Virus record (IMG/VR): IMGVR_UViG_3300037054_000148
Span: 248,001-312,000 of that record
Length of the DNA: 64,000 bases
Reading direction: 5' to 3' (one strand)
Shown: positions 43,614 through 55,700 of the stretch, piece by piece
Layout: each line of letters opens with the position of its first letter
Position numbering within the stretch: position 1 is the first letter of the stretch
Translations under genes and position numbers: made by a program
Notes under the pieces: generated by a model
Databases searched by the model: none
Told to the model about the DNA's origin: nothing
Seen by the model: only the letters and a program-made list of their open reading frames with translations

Positions 43614-46600
43614 ATGACAGTCATACCGCAAATTACCCTGAGTCCACTGATCCTCATCAGCCCTACGATGGAGGGCCAAGAGCTTGGTATTGACACGAAC
43701 GGGATAGATATGGTCTACCAAGCCTCCACAACTGTTCAGGCCGTAACCGTATCGATTGAGGGAGGTAATTTCACTTCTTTAACCCCCACCTTAATGGCTG
43801 GTTATAACAACTTCACTGTAAGCATCACAGGGATAACCCCTTCGTCCTCTGTCATTCAAGTGCTGGCAGTGGGGACGAGCTACAACCCTGCGGAGCCACC
43901 AATGACTGGGCCTTACTACGCGACTCCCACTTCTTCATTTGGGCTAGTGTACACTGGCCTCTCTGGATCTCTCCCTGTGCTTAACCCCCCATCGGGCGTC
44001 AGCACCTATAATGGGCTGAATCAGGCACAATTAGAATGGGTGCTCCCCACAACTCCCGGCCTTCTAGGTGTTCGAGTCCAATACAGCACTGATTCCACTG
44101 GGGTGAATGTTCCTTATCAGCAATATGGGCCGCTGGTAACTCAAATTACCAGGGCTGCCAACAACGTTACTAATTCTGAAACCTCAACAGCGGTTATAGG
44201 AGATCAGACCACCATCACGACCGTGGACACCACCATCCCTGTCAGCTATAGTTCAGTCATATTCCCGCAATCTATCGCCGGAGGAGCCAACTTTTTCTAT
44301 GCGGTCCTCTCTACCGTAGTGCAGGATCCAATAACCAACACGGTATATGAGTCCAATTTCAACGGTCCATTCCAACTCGGGTTTGTTGATCTGCGTCAAG
44401 TAAACCCCTATGACTACCAGTATCTCCAACAGAAAGAGGACATCGCCTCTAGACTGATTAGCTCAGCGATGGCTAACTACCCACAGCTTGATCTAACTCC
44501 TCGGTCTGAACTTAGAGACCTTCATATCGATCCAATCAGCCTGGAGCTATCTCAGCAATCCGTTAGAGAGTGGTTTGGTAGGTGCTCACAATCCATCAGT
44601 GCAGTGGCAACGATTGATGATTATGATGGAGATGGAGTTTCTGACCCATTTAACACCAGCCCTTTCAAATCCCAAATCGCTACCGCATGGAACTTATCTG
44701 CCTCTAATACCCAGCTTCTGATTGATAAGCAATTTGACATCTTGGGAGAGAGGGCCGGAATCACCAGAGGTGGGGCCACCCGATCTGTTGCGATGATGAC
44801 CCTCTACACCTATTCCAAACCCACCACACAAGTTACGTTTACCCAATCTGCAATGACCTTCTCTGCCGCTGGAAATAGCCAGTCCCCAGCGGTAAATTTT
44901 GCTGCGGTGGGGTCAGCAGTTGTGACTTTGCAGAGTATCAATGCGATCTATAGCTCTGCAAATAATTGGTGGAGCGTGGATGTGCCAGCAGAATGTACAG
45001 TCACTGGCTCCATCGGCAATGTGGGGGCGGGGGCAATCTCTCAGGCTTCTGGTCTTCCCTCCGGATGGCTTTGTATTAATCAGGGACCAGCCACATACGG
45101 CACTGATCAGCAATCCAACTCATCCTATGCGGTCATGATTAAAAATCGTCTGGTTGTGGGTGTGGATAGTGGTAGCCGGTTAGGGTATCTGAACACCACT
45201 CTGGCTACTCCAGGAGTCATTGGAGCGAATGTTGTGGCGGCGGGTGATGTGGAAATGGAACGAGATTGGCTCACTCAGCCCACATTGGCCGGTGGAGGAA
45301 AACACATCTTTGGTTGCGTTGATATCTATGTCAGAGGTATAACGGACTCCCAGCAGGCGGATGGACAAGTGTTCTCTTGGGGGAGTAGCTCCTCAACTTA
45401 TAGAAGTTTCACCAGCTACACTCCTCTGCAAATTTCTAATAAGAGTCTTTTGGCGATTAAGCCTGCTTCTACGCTTTCGGGGCTTATCTACACCCCAATC
45501 GAAATCGTTGCTACACAGGGGACGAACCAGATTTTCTTTGGTGTTCAGACCTGTAAAGTAGATCCAACAACCAACACCATGTATTTAAACCCCACGGAAC
45601 TTTGCTATCAACTTACCAATGTGGGTGGGGCGAATGAACAGTACCAGATATTTCAGCTTAATGGTGTGAACGCCACCAATCAGATGGTCATTAATTACCT
45701 AAATCCGCAGGCACCCAATGTCTCAGTCGTCGGATGGTTGAGGATGCAGACCCCACTTCAGTGCTACCCCACGGCCCAACCTGTTTCCACAGTCTATAGC
45801 GTAGTGGGAAATGGGGACAGCGGGACTTTATCACCTCTGGGAGTTCGGTTAATTCACAGCCAGGATCCACTGCTTAATGGGTTTTCCAATAAAGCAAATG
45901 ATATAGTTCAGATTGACACCACGGCTAACGCCACCTACCCAAACATTACCCCAACAGTGCTCTCTACCATGCCTGGGCTGGCTCCTGGTTCACGAGTTCC
46001 ATTCGCTTTTGTGACAAATGGACCAACTATCGAGCCTATTGATACCGACATGCAGGTGAGTCTTGATAACCAAGGTCGTGTGTACGGCATCAATTCCGTA
46101 AGATCCGCAGACCTGAGCACCGTTTACAAAATAAATGTAGACTATGCGATTATCCCAACAGGGATCCCTTCCTATTCTGGCAACCCTTCAATTTCTAGCC
46201 CTCAGATCGCCCCTACGTGTAACTATAATGCTTACAGTATTCAGTGGCTCCCCTCTGGAAGCATCCCTCTGGGTCAAGAGTTGCTGATCGGATACAATAA
46301 ATATACTCTCCATGAATACTGCACTCTTGTTACCGGAGAATCACAAACACTTACTGGGTCAACTCCTGCCCCACTTGCAAATCCAGGGTTTATTAAGAAC
46401 GTGTGGACTCCAGAGTCTTATGGGTACACCGTTATCTCCATGGACTCAGCTTTAGCGTCAGCGTTTATTCCCAAGCAAAATCGGTATATCAAGGTTACTT
46501 ACGACAATGGGTCGGGTCCGACCGTAATGGTGGAAGGGCAGGACTATACCCTCACCATTGACCAGAACACCTATCAGGCGTATGTAGCTAGGATCCTTAC

Positions 46601-47480
46601 GGGACGGATTCCTGATAAATCCTCTGTGCTGGTGTCCTACTTCTACAACGAAATGTTCTCGGTGACGACTGGCTACCCAGGCTATATTGAGCAAGTGGCA
46701 AATGCTATCGCCCAGACCAAGAATGCCGGGGGAGATGTGTTGATTAAACAAATGATGGCCAATGCGGTGGACATCATCCTATCGGTAGAACTCAACCCAA
46801 ACGTAACTCCGGTGGCCATGGATGGCCAAATTCGAACTGTGCTAGGAGTGGTGTTAAGTAACGCCAGTTCAACTGTCACCCAGTCCGAAGTGATCCGACA
46901 GGTGAAGTCCATTCCTGGAATTGCAAATGTCATTGTTCCACTGACAAAGTTAGCCAAATCCGATGGATCTTATGACGTTGGGGTTATTATCCCATCTGGC
47001 ACCACTTGGATTCCCATCACGCAGGACACCACTTTAGGCAGCCTTCCCTTCGCCGCTAACACATGGATCACTTCGACTGCGACCAAAGTCCTTCCCGACC
47101 AGACCATCCCATCTGGGGGTCTACCAGACGCCTACGTTGGAATGCTGTATGAGGGGGATCAGTTCAGACGGGCAAGTAGCATTATGGATTTGGTGACTAA
47201 CCCTCCGACTAGCACCACCGATTTGGACGGAGCTTTTTATATCATCGGTGTGGGGGATCAGATCAACTCTATCACCCCTATTCCCTCAGTCTATGAGGGT
47301 TGTATCATCGCCACCTTCCCCTCCTACCTCTCGAACATCACTAAGAGTATTACTCCAAGCGGGTTCAGCTACAAAGTAACCTATCAGGCTTGGCGTGAGG
47401 GTGGGTATCGAGACATCACTCTTAGCTCAACAGAGTATCTTACCCTAGGCAGTGTCACCATTGATTATATAACGTCATGA
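43614..47480 (+). CDS. baseplate J/gp6-like protein, expanded to 1288 aa
   Basis: GERAGITR.GATRS, V.A.C...GS.GNV.AG.I, G.D.QSN...A..I, V.SIPG...V. Confidence 0.75.
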   Translation: MTVIPQITLSPLILISPTMEGQELGIDTNGIDMVYQASTTVQAVTVSIEGGNFTSLTPTLMAGYNNFTVSITGITPSSSVIQVLAVGTSYNPAEPPMTGPYYATPTSSFGLVYTGLSGSLPVLNPPSGVSTYNGLNQAQLEWVLPTTPGLLGVRVQYSTDSTGVNVPYQQYGPLVTQITRAANNVTNSETSTAVIGDQTTITTVDTTIPVSYSSVIFPQSIAGGANFFYAVLSTVVQDPITNTVYESNFNGPFQLGFVDLRQVNPYDYQYLQQKEDIASRLISSAMANYPQLDLTPRSELRDLHIDPISLELSQQSVREWFGRCSQSISAVATIDDYDGDGVSDPFNTSPFKSQIATAWNLSASNTQLLIDKQFDILGERAGITRGGATRSVAMMTLYTYSKPTTQVTFTQSAMTFSAAGNSQSPAVNFAAVGSAVVTLQSINAIYSSANNWWSVDVPAECTVTGSIGNVGAGAISQASGLPSGWLCINQGPATYGTDQQSNSSYAVMIKNRLVVGVDSGSRLGYLNTTLATPGVIGANVVAAGDVEMERDWLTQPTLAGGGKHIFGCVDIYVRGITDSQQADGQVFSWGSSSSTYRSFTSYTPLQISNKSLLAIKPASTLSGLIYTPIEIVATQGTNQIFFGVQTCKVDPTTNTMYLNPTELCYQLTNVGGANEQYQIFQLNGVNATNQMVINYLNPQAPNVSVVGWLRMQTPLQCYPTAQPVSTVYSVVGNGDSGTLSPLGVRLIHSQDPLLNGFSNKANDIVQIDTTANATYPNITPTVLSTMPGLAPGSRVPFAFVTNGPTIEPIDTDMQVSLDNQGRVYGINSVRSADLSTVYKINVDYAIIPTGIPSYSGNPSISSPQIAPTCNYNAYSIQWLPSGSIPLGQELLIGYNKYTLHEYCTLVTGESQTLTGSTPAPLANPGFIKNVWTPESYGYTVISMDSALASAFIPKQNRYIKVTYDNGSGPTVMVEGQDYTLTIDQNTYQAYVARILTGRIPDKSSVLVSYFYNEMFSVTTGYPGYIEQVANAIAQTKNAGGDVLIKQMMANAVDIILSVELNPNVTPVAMDGQIRTVLGVVLSNASSTVTQSEVIRQVKSIPGIANVIVPLTKLAKSDGSYDVGVIIPSGTTWIPITQDTTLGSLPFAANTWITSTATKVLPDQTIPSGGLPDAYVGMLYEGDQFRRASSIMDLVTNPPTSTTDLDGAFYIIGVGDQINSITPIPSVYEGCIIATFPSYLSNITKSITPSGFSYKVTYQAWREGGYRDITLSSTEYLTLGSVTIDYITS

Positions 47481-47905
47481 AGCGTGGAAATAGCCTAAGA
47501 GTTCTTATGGAAAAGGGCCTTCTGAGTGAGAGGCTAAAGGCCATTTTAGACTCTTATTTCACGTATGAGTGGGGGTGGATGAGCACCTTTCCAGACACTG
47601 CTAAAGTGAATCATATTTTCAGTGGGCACGTAACCATAGCCAGTAAATTCATACAAGGCAAAGGAATGGAGACGGTCAAGAAAATTCAAATACCTTCAAA
47701 AAACGGGAAGGTATTTCTAATAGAAGCCCTAAAACAAGCCTACATGCAGCCGTATCTAGTGGTGGCGTTGTATAGTATGACAGACATGCTGAAAAATGGA
47801 AGTTCTACAATGACTGGACTTAGGTGGGAAAAGAGCGTTCCTTCAGAAGTTTTTGTGTTTCATCTGGATGAATCAAAAAACGTAGAAGGTGAACAGATCC
47901 TATAG
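47477..47905 (+). CDS. AT-rich hypothetical protein inserted in the baseplate cluster
   Basis: 142 aa; composition unlike the flanking structural genes. Confidence 0.55.
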   Translation: MKRGNSLRVLMEKGLLSERLKAILDSYFTYEWGWMSTFPDTAKVNHIFSGHVTIASKFIQGKGMETVKKIQIPSKNGKVFLIEALKQAYMQPYLVVALYSMTDMLKNGSSTMTGLRWEKSVPSEVFVFHLDESKNVEGEQIL

Positions 47906-47908
47906 TAG

Positions 47909-47932
47909 GACTTTTCGATACTTCTCTGAAGG
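47909..47932 (+). promoter_or_regulatory. putative late promoter motif
   Basis: GACTTT-N13-GAAGG. Confidence 0.45.
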
Positions 47933-47937
47933 TAACG

Positions 47938-48963
47938 ATGGCAAATCCTGACCAACTCTACAACCAAACCCGAGATGCCCTGATCCAATATGAGGATTCA
48001 GAGTTCACCTACCTGCTAGGCAATGTCCCTAATTTTTACATCAGCCAGACCGATCAGACCATTTGGGGCTCTCTGCTCCGTAATGTAGCTACCGAACTGG
48101 CCCGTCTTGAATACGCGCACACCTATGATATCATTGGGAAAAATCCGGCTAACCTGACACCCCCAGATGCAAAAAGACAATGGGGGGACGTTCTTTTTAT
48201 TAATCGCAACTCCCCTTATCCTGGGCAGTACGACCTAGACTACTCAAATCTTGTAGTGAACCTGATCAAAGCATTCCAAACTGGGTGTCGGGTAGTCACA
48301 CTAGAAAATATCATACAAGCCTATACGGGACAGAGCATTGTCGTCCAGGAACTCTACCAATTAATTGGTAATGGGGTCTATGACGCAACAGATCGTAATA
48401 CCTTGCAAATTTCCGTTCAAGTGGCCGGAACGGCTCCAGGCTCTATTATCAACGTAGCTTCTGAGACTGCCACCATTTCCGGAACCATCAGCACTTTACA
48501 AACCATCACAAACGACCTTTACACCGCAATAGATTTAGCAAAGCCTGCACACGTGGGCCTTAACTTGTCAGCTATTTTTGGGCAAGATGAACACATTGGA
48601 GACTATGTATATGGCCGCTATGGTATTGATGACTCTTTGACAATTATCGCATCTATGGTAGAAGACCTCCCATTCCCACTCCCTCTCTATCAGGCCCCCT
48701 CTTTCGACTCCGATTCCCCGGATACCGGTTTGGCTAGCACTGACACGGATAGCAACGAGTACAACTCCTTCGTACAGGCATCCTCTGGGGCTCCTCCGCT
48801 CCAGGAAACATACACGCTTGCTGAGTTCAATACCTATAGCACTTATGCTAAGGGAAACATTGTTCCAGTTGGTAACCAGCCTCCATTCCCAGGTGAGATC
48901 GGACCTACTTTGGTCGTTTGGGAAGTCTCAGATGACAATCTTGACATCATGGATATGGACTAA
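47938..48963 (+). CDS. baseplate wedge protein (gpI/gp7-like)
   Basis: LIKAF..G.....LE..I..YTG..I.V.E; .DLAKPAHV.. Confidence 0.6.
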   Translation: MANPDQLYNQTRDALIQYEDSEFTYLLGNVPNFYISQTDQTIWGSLLRNVATELARLEYAHTYDIIGKNPANLTPPDAKRQWGDVLFINRNSPYPGQYDLDYSNLVVNLIKAFQTGCRVVTLENIIQAYTGQSIVVQELYQLIGNGVYDATDRNTLQISVQVAGTAPGSIINVASETATISGTISTLQTITNDLYTAIDLAKPAHVGLNLSAIFGQDEHIGDYVYGRYGIDDSLTIIASMVEDLPFPLPLYQAPSFDSDSPDTGLASTDTDSNEYNSFVQASSGAPPLQETYTLAEFNTYSTYAKGNIVPVGNQPPFPGEIGPTLVVWEVSDDNLDIMDMD

Positions 48964-49685
48964 TGGATGCCGACCACTTTTATCGAATTTTATATAAGCT
49001 GCATATAAATGGGTTAAGCAAGAAATTTACGGATTCGCTGCTTAAGAATTACTCTCACATCCCTAAAGCTGCCTTCAGTTATGCGATTACGAATGAAATT
49101 CCTTTTCCAGAAGGGGAAGCTGCAATTGCGACTAATGGAAGATACAGCTATGAGTATGCTGCTTTTTGTTTAAACAATCAGCGGTTCCCAGCCGGTGAAG
49201 ATGCGATCATTGACGGAGTGTCTCATATTTACGATTATGCTCGTGATGTCCTAGGACATAGCTGGCCCGAAGCTGAGAAGATGCTGTTTTCTGGAAAAAA
49301 TGATGAAGTTGCAGCAGAATACTTTGAAGAGTATATAGGTAAAGAGGGCTGGGAAAACCCAACCAATGAACTAAGAGACTGGATGATTCGACAGTTTGGA
49401 GAGTGTGCGGAATGTGGAGGACCCCTCCCAACCAGCCGGAGAGATTGTTATTCGGATAGTGAGGGGTTTGATACCTACTGTTCAGAGGACTGTGCCATTA
49501 GGGCAAGTGAGCGTTTAGAATGGGATCAGGTGGATTTAGAGGTAGAAGATGCTATGACCTCTGCCAAACCAGATATAACTACGGAAGAAATAGAGAAGGC
49601 TCAGCAGTATATTCGAAGACATGGCTACTCCGGAGACCTCACTGAATATCTGATTGAAGAGGGCTTTCTGCCAGAGGGAGAGTAG
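48963..49685 (+). CDS. helical-repeat (Y...W/FPE.E..I) plus zinc-finger protein
   Basis: FPEGEAAI, FPAGEDAI, WPEAEKML repeats; CAECG...YCSEDC. Confidence 0.75.
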   Translation: MDADHFYRILYKLHINGLSKKFTDSLLKNYSHIPKAAFSYAITNEIPFPEGEAAIATNGRYSYEYAAFCLNNQRFPAGEDAIIDGVSHIYDYARDVLGHSWPEAEKMLFSGKNDEVAAEYFEEYIGKEGWENPTNELRDWMIRQFGECAECGGPLPTSRRDCYSDSEGFDTYCSEDCAIRASERLEWDQVDLEVEDAMTSAKPDITTEEIEKAQQYIRRHGYSGDLTEYLIEEGFLPEGE

Positions 49686-49704
49686 GCTCAGGCTCAAACT
49701 CCCC

Positions 49705-49728
49705 GACTATGGGTATCAATATTGAGAG
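49705..49728 (+). promoter_or_regulatory. putative late promoter motif
   Basis: GACTAT-N12-TGAGAG, 8 nt before ATG 49736. Confidence 0.45.
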
Positions 49729-49735
49729 TGTGAGC

Positions 49736-52700
49736 ATGAAGAGAGCATTTGTCCTACCTGAGCAGGGTGTCATTAATATCTATTTCATCCGAGATGAGCG
49801 GCCCCGAATCCAGTGGCTGATTGACTTGGGTATTCCTCGATTTTCAGTATTCATGCTAGAACTCCCTATCCCTTTGGACAACCCAGGACACACCCAGATT
49901 GTATTTCATGAAGGGACTGCACTTATCCTAGAACAAATCAAGGCTTTCTTATCCGAGACTGAGTTCGGAGAGGATGCGGGGGTCATCAAGGCGATGATGC
50001 AGGCTATCAAGCAGACCGAGATCGACTTCTACGGAACTGAATTGATGTACGGTTATGAAATCCTGTTCCCTTTGAGCCAGCAATTCTACGATCTAGTTCA
50101 TGAGCGAATTGTCAATCAGAAGACGGCCAGTGAAGACTCTGGTGCATGGAGCAGGCTTTATGATGATAACGTCAGTGATGAAGAGTTCTTAGAACGTCAT
50201 GCAGGACGGGAAGAGGGCATCTCCAAATCTGTTTGGAGAGCACCGGACACAAATAAGCGTATGATGGTGGACCTGGGCAAACCAGTGCAGAAACGAGATA
50301 AACAGGAATTAAATGACGCTCGTAAGATAATCGACCGCTACAAGCAGACCATCTACAAGAGCACCCCAGGCCCTTTGTTCGTCATCCTATACGACCGCAA
50401 TGGGCTTCCACGAGGCGTTAGTCGTGTAACCAATAAGGGACTGACCAAATGGGCCGATGGCTCTGAAGTACCTAGGGAACTTTTAACTGCATTGATTGAC
50501 ATCTTTGGGGAACAGGACGCCGATCAAGTCAAAGTGGCTGAAGAGAAGCCTAAAAATATCCCAAAGGATCTGCTCAAAAAACTTCCCGGCATTCACGAAA
50601 TATCACCAGAAGGTCAGGATGAAGGGGAGGGGGATAACAATTGGGAGGAGCCTAATGGCTACTCTCAGACCGTCAGGGATCGCTTAAAGCTCCTGAGAGA
50701 GCGAACCGGAATGGAGCTTCCAGTTTTAGGGGAAGGGTCTTCCCGTATGGTCGTCGGGGTAAATGAACATGTTGCAATCAAGCTAGCGATCAATCAGCCC
50801 GGTGTGGCTCAGAACAAAGCCGAACTCAGAATGTATGAGAAGGTTGAGGATTGCACTATTATCACTCGCATTTTTTACTATGATACTGAGTTTCACTGGC
50901 TCGTAGTTGAGCGAGTCCTAAGAGGGGCCACCTATTCAGATTTCGAACGATATGGAGCAACCGACGCCTACAACTTTTGTAAAAAAGTAGAGCGTGGGGG
51001 AACAGAATTTCTTACAGATAGGCAGGCAGTGAAATCTCTTCAGTTCTTATGCCAGACACTTGGTGTTAAATGGTGGGACATTGATCGAGAGAGCCAGTGG
51101 GGGCTGGTCGAACGTAGGGGTGAGCGGTATCCGGTCTTGGTAGACTACGGACTTGATGAAGAGGTGGCCCGACAACACTACAGCAGCAAACTTGCCGCAG
51201 GGTGGGGTAGTTTCATCAATGGTGAATACTGGGTAGATGGCGACTCAGCGAACAACTATGCAGAATGCAGTGGAGACGGGGACTATACCCACGAAACCTA
51301 TGCCAGAGAACAGATTCTCAATGACAAGTGGGACCAAATTCTTAGTGCTTGTCAGCGTCATCTTCAGGAGGCCCACGAAGAAGAAGATGACAACAACCCA
51401 GGAGAGGTGGAGGAAGAGTGGCGAAAGCTCCATGCGATGAAGTATGGGGAGCCTGACTTTCCAATGGAAGATGTGTTCTTTACCCTCATCTGGGGCTATG
51501 TTTCGTTAGAAGAGTGCGATGCCATCTTCAATGGTGAATACGACATGTTCAAGAATGAGGTTCGGGAATTCTTCATGCGATTCTACAACCAGATCCGGGT
51601 CGTGGACAAAAATTTCGAAGTGTGGAAACTCACCCCTCGAAACCTTGACACCATCATCGATTGGGTATTTAATGAGAGTGGGCTGGATGAATCCGACTTA
51701 GCTCAGATGAAGGATGAGGTTTATATTGAGCAATACGAAGGTGGCAGAAAATACGCAGGGATTCCAATTGGGGAGCTTCTAAACATGAAGAACCCAGGCG
51801 AAGTTTGGCGTTATCAAGGAATGACCGTGGCCTCGAAGCAGGCTGCGATGGTTGAACTTCCACACGATAAGGAAGTCAAGCTCCCCCTCTACATGCTGAA
51901 GAAACTCAAACAAATGGCCCAAAAGTTTGATCCCCAGGCTGACTTCCGCTTTGTCGGGGGCTGCGTACGTGATATGCTCCTGGACCGCAAACCAAAGGAT
52001 TTCGATGTCGTCACCAACACCACGGCTGACACTTTACAGAAGATGGGTTTGGAGAACGTGGGAAAGGCTTTTCCTGTCTACCTCTACCATGACCCCACGT
52101 ATGGCCAGATTGAAATCGCTGTGGCTCGTTCGGAAGAAAAGACTGGGGTGGGGCATAAGGACTTTGATATCGTTCCAACCGGCAATTTCGAAGGAGATAT
52201 GGTTCGCAGAGACCTGAATGTGAACGCCATGATGGTGGATGCGGATGGAAAACTCTTCGGCCCCACTGAAGCCCTACAGAACATCAAGGACAAGACCCTC
52301 CAGAATGTCAGTGAGAAGTTCGCTGAGGATGCGTTGCGCGTTTTCCGAGCCGCACGATTCAGTGCTCAGTTTGGGTCAGAGTGGAGGGTCAGTCCCCAAC
52401 TGGTGGACATGATGCACCGGATGCAACCTGAACTTCAATATCTTCCGGCTGATCGTATCAGGGAAGAAACTAAACGTGCGCTGGTCGGTAAAGTTCCCAT
52501 GCGCTTCTTTGAAGTGCTGCGTGAGGGGGGTTGCCTGGAACCCTGGTTCAGCGAGTTCGATCAAAACTGGAGTCAAATAGCTGAATCGGTCAACTACGGT
52601 CATCAGAATGGCTGGGATTTTGACTTGCAGATCGTTGGGATTGAATCACAGCTTCCCATTCCGGATAGCCTGAATAACCGGCTTGGTCTGTCGAATCAGA

Positions 52701-55700
52701 TCAAGCAGGCGGCTCAGTTTGTTAAAAAAAATAGGGGGAATATTAAACAAGCCAGGGCTCTTCCTAAAGAAACAGTAGTTGGGATCGTTCAAAGCGGGGT
52801 TAGAGGTGCGTTTGAGTTCGTGCAGCTACTGGACTGTGCGTTGCTCGGGACTAACCCAGACTCCAAGGACTTCTTACTCAAATGTGCGGAAGCCATCAAG
52901 GGCACCGATATGACAGGAGTGACAAGCCGCAATGAGGCTACAGAACGTTTGGTAGGGGCCATTTCAAAGGTCGGACACTCTAAGAGAGCTATGTCAGCAC
53001 AGCAGGCAGTAAATGAGGCTGTAAAATTGATCACTCAAGAAGAGATCAAGCAGCCCAAACCGTGGCAAACTCCGCAATTTAGAGCGTGGTTTGGAGACTC
53101 CAAAGTCGTAAATAAGGATGGAACCCCCAAGCGCGTCATGCATGGAACCACTCATGAATTCGATCAATTTTCCTTGCACAATGCATTTGAGGAAGGCTGG
53201 TATGGCAAGGGGTTTTATTTTACAGATTGTGAAAAGGATGTGGAGAACTACGCTTCCTTAGAGGGGCCAGATCTCACGGCCAGGATAGAGTTGGTCGCTG
53301 AGCGTCTAATGGATGACGGGGGCGACTGGGAAGAGAGCATGGGAGAGGAGCATGAGGACAACTCAAAGAGTATCCGTGAGTTAGCTCATCAAAAAGCTCA
53401 AGAAATGATTGCTGGGAAGCATCACGGGACAGTTTACCTCACCTATTTGAAGATGGAGAACCCTGTTATTGTTACCCCCAACGGAGGAACCTATCTTGGG
53501 GGGGACAGTGGATCTGACCCAGAGAACGAGGATGAATGGCTAGATGGCCCCGAAACCACCAAGCTATACGAGGCGATTCAGGCTGCTTGCTCACAGTTTG
53601 GCCTAAATGAGAAACGTATCTGGGATAGCCAACTATCTGATAGGCTGTTGGAAGGCTGCACAGCTTACGAGTTTGAAAAAGACTTACGGGAGAATGATGA
53701 AACTTTAGATGCAGAGGGGGGAGCGGGTCCAGTGATATCCGCCATCTATGAGGCTATGGGGTTTGATGGGATCATTATGGATGCTAAGGCTCAATTCGGA
53801 AATGGGAATACGGGGATGAAGATGTCTCCTAAGACCCGCCATTACATCGTATGGAACCCCCGTCAGGTTAAGTCGGCTATAGGGAACAAAGGGACGTTTG
53901 ACCCCTCCAGTCCCCTGCTAACGGCTGCGGTAAAGCCTAGAACGCAGGGTGGAGGATTGAACGTAGATCCTGTAGAACAGATAGTTGATGAGGAAACCCC
54001 AGAGAAAGAGAAGACCACCCCTCTGACTCAGGAGGAAGAGGATATGGCTAAGTCGCTGGCGGATAAGCGAATCAGCCCTGCGGCTCCAAGCAACGTGCTT
54101 AAGCCCGGTGCGATTGATCCGCATAGTCATGCCCAGAGTCAGCCCGACTTGAAAAAAATGATGGAGAACGAAAAGTTCGAGTTCAACGTCAACCTAGCGG
54201 TAGACAACTATCCTAACTTCAAATACATGCGAGAAGGTCGCTATAAGCAATTTGATGCTCATGAGAAGGCTGAGGAAATCATCAATCACATGGCTGCAAA
54301 TTTGATTTGGCTCTATAAGACCTGGGATAAGGCCCTGTCAGATAGAGCCAAACTCTGGTATGTAGGGGGTAACCGTATAATCCATCGGTGGGCTGATAAG
54401 TTCCATCTAGACCCGCATAAAGTGGCAGCAGTGATTGCCGCTCTATCCCCACAGGCACATTGGTTCCAGAATGTTACAACCGCAGAGCGTACCATCGAAG
54501 CCTTGGTAGAACTCAAAGACTTCCGCTGGGATTGGAAGATGGACCGTGTGGCCCTGCATCGTAACTGGACCCCTGAAGACTTGGAAGATGAGATGAAGGA
54601 ATCGGTCAAAGTCGGAGAGGCTGCGGAGAAGAAGAAAAACAAAAAGGAGAGTGCCAAGAAAGAGAAAGAGCCCAAGATCAAGTGGTCCGCAGCACTGGCT
54701 ATCCCCCTGCTTCGTGGCAAGACTCTGAATGAAGTAATGACCGAAAACAGTCCCGAATCAGGCCGAGAGTACTTAGCCTCTGTGTGGATCAGGGCCTGGG
54801 CCGAAGGGCACACAGATAACAAACTCCGTGAAGTCACCCCAGAGGGGAACTTTGGGGACTGGTTTAAGACTGGAAAGGCTGACGCCAAAGTCCGTTGGAC
54901 ATCCTTCGCTGCCATTACCAAAGCTGTCCGGATTTTAGAGTCTAACTCTGTCAACGATATCTCTAAATTGGTTGGGACTAACCACAAGGTTCGCTCATTC
55001 TATAACAATCTCATCGCCCCTATGGCGGATGAAGGGGATGTAACAATTGATACCCATGCAGTTGCTGCCGCTCTTATTCGTCCGCTGAGTGGAGCTTCTG
55101 TAGAGGTGGCTCATAACTTTGGCAGTGGGTTTACCCCCAAAAAGGATAAGAACGGCAAAATTTGGGTTTGGGATGAGGATGAGGGGGAGTATGTCGAGGG
55201 GGATCCTGATGCAGAAAAGATCCCAGGACCAAGCAACAGTTCAATCACCGGCCTCAACGGACTCTATGCTCTTTACGCTGAGGCATACCGTAGGGCCGCG
55301 AAAGATCCTGCGGTGGGGGTTCTACCCCGCGAACTCCAGTCGATCACCTGGGAGGCTGTGAGAGCCCTTTTCAACCCGGCTGACAAACGGGACAAGAAGT
55401 TCATACGTATGGCAAACGAGATCTGGGCCTCGCACGATCCAGAGGATGGAGGGCTCAATGCCGAACAAGCTAGGGAAAAAATCACCGCTGTTATCAAAGA
55501 ACGAAGAGGTGGAAAAGAAGTCTTCGAAACCCCAAGTTGGATCGGATCCGATCCTGAGATTCATGGAGACGCACAAGGTTCCTCTTACAAGAGAGGCTTA
55601 TCTGGGTCTGGCATACCCGGATCACAAGCCGGGGGCATTACTCCCACCGGAATTGGAGGCGGAGCTTCCCGAAGAACTTCGAGAAAAATAAACTCCCCAC

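Noticed and set aside
54313-54987. 224-aa minus-strand ORF (likewise 1670-2347, 575-1114 and other antisense ORFs)
   Set aside because: Lie opposite well-supported genes, with no RBS and no recognisable motifs.
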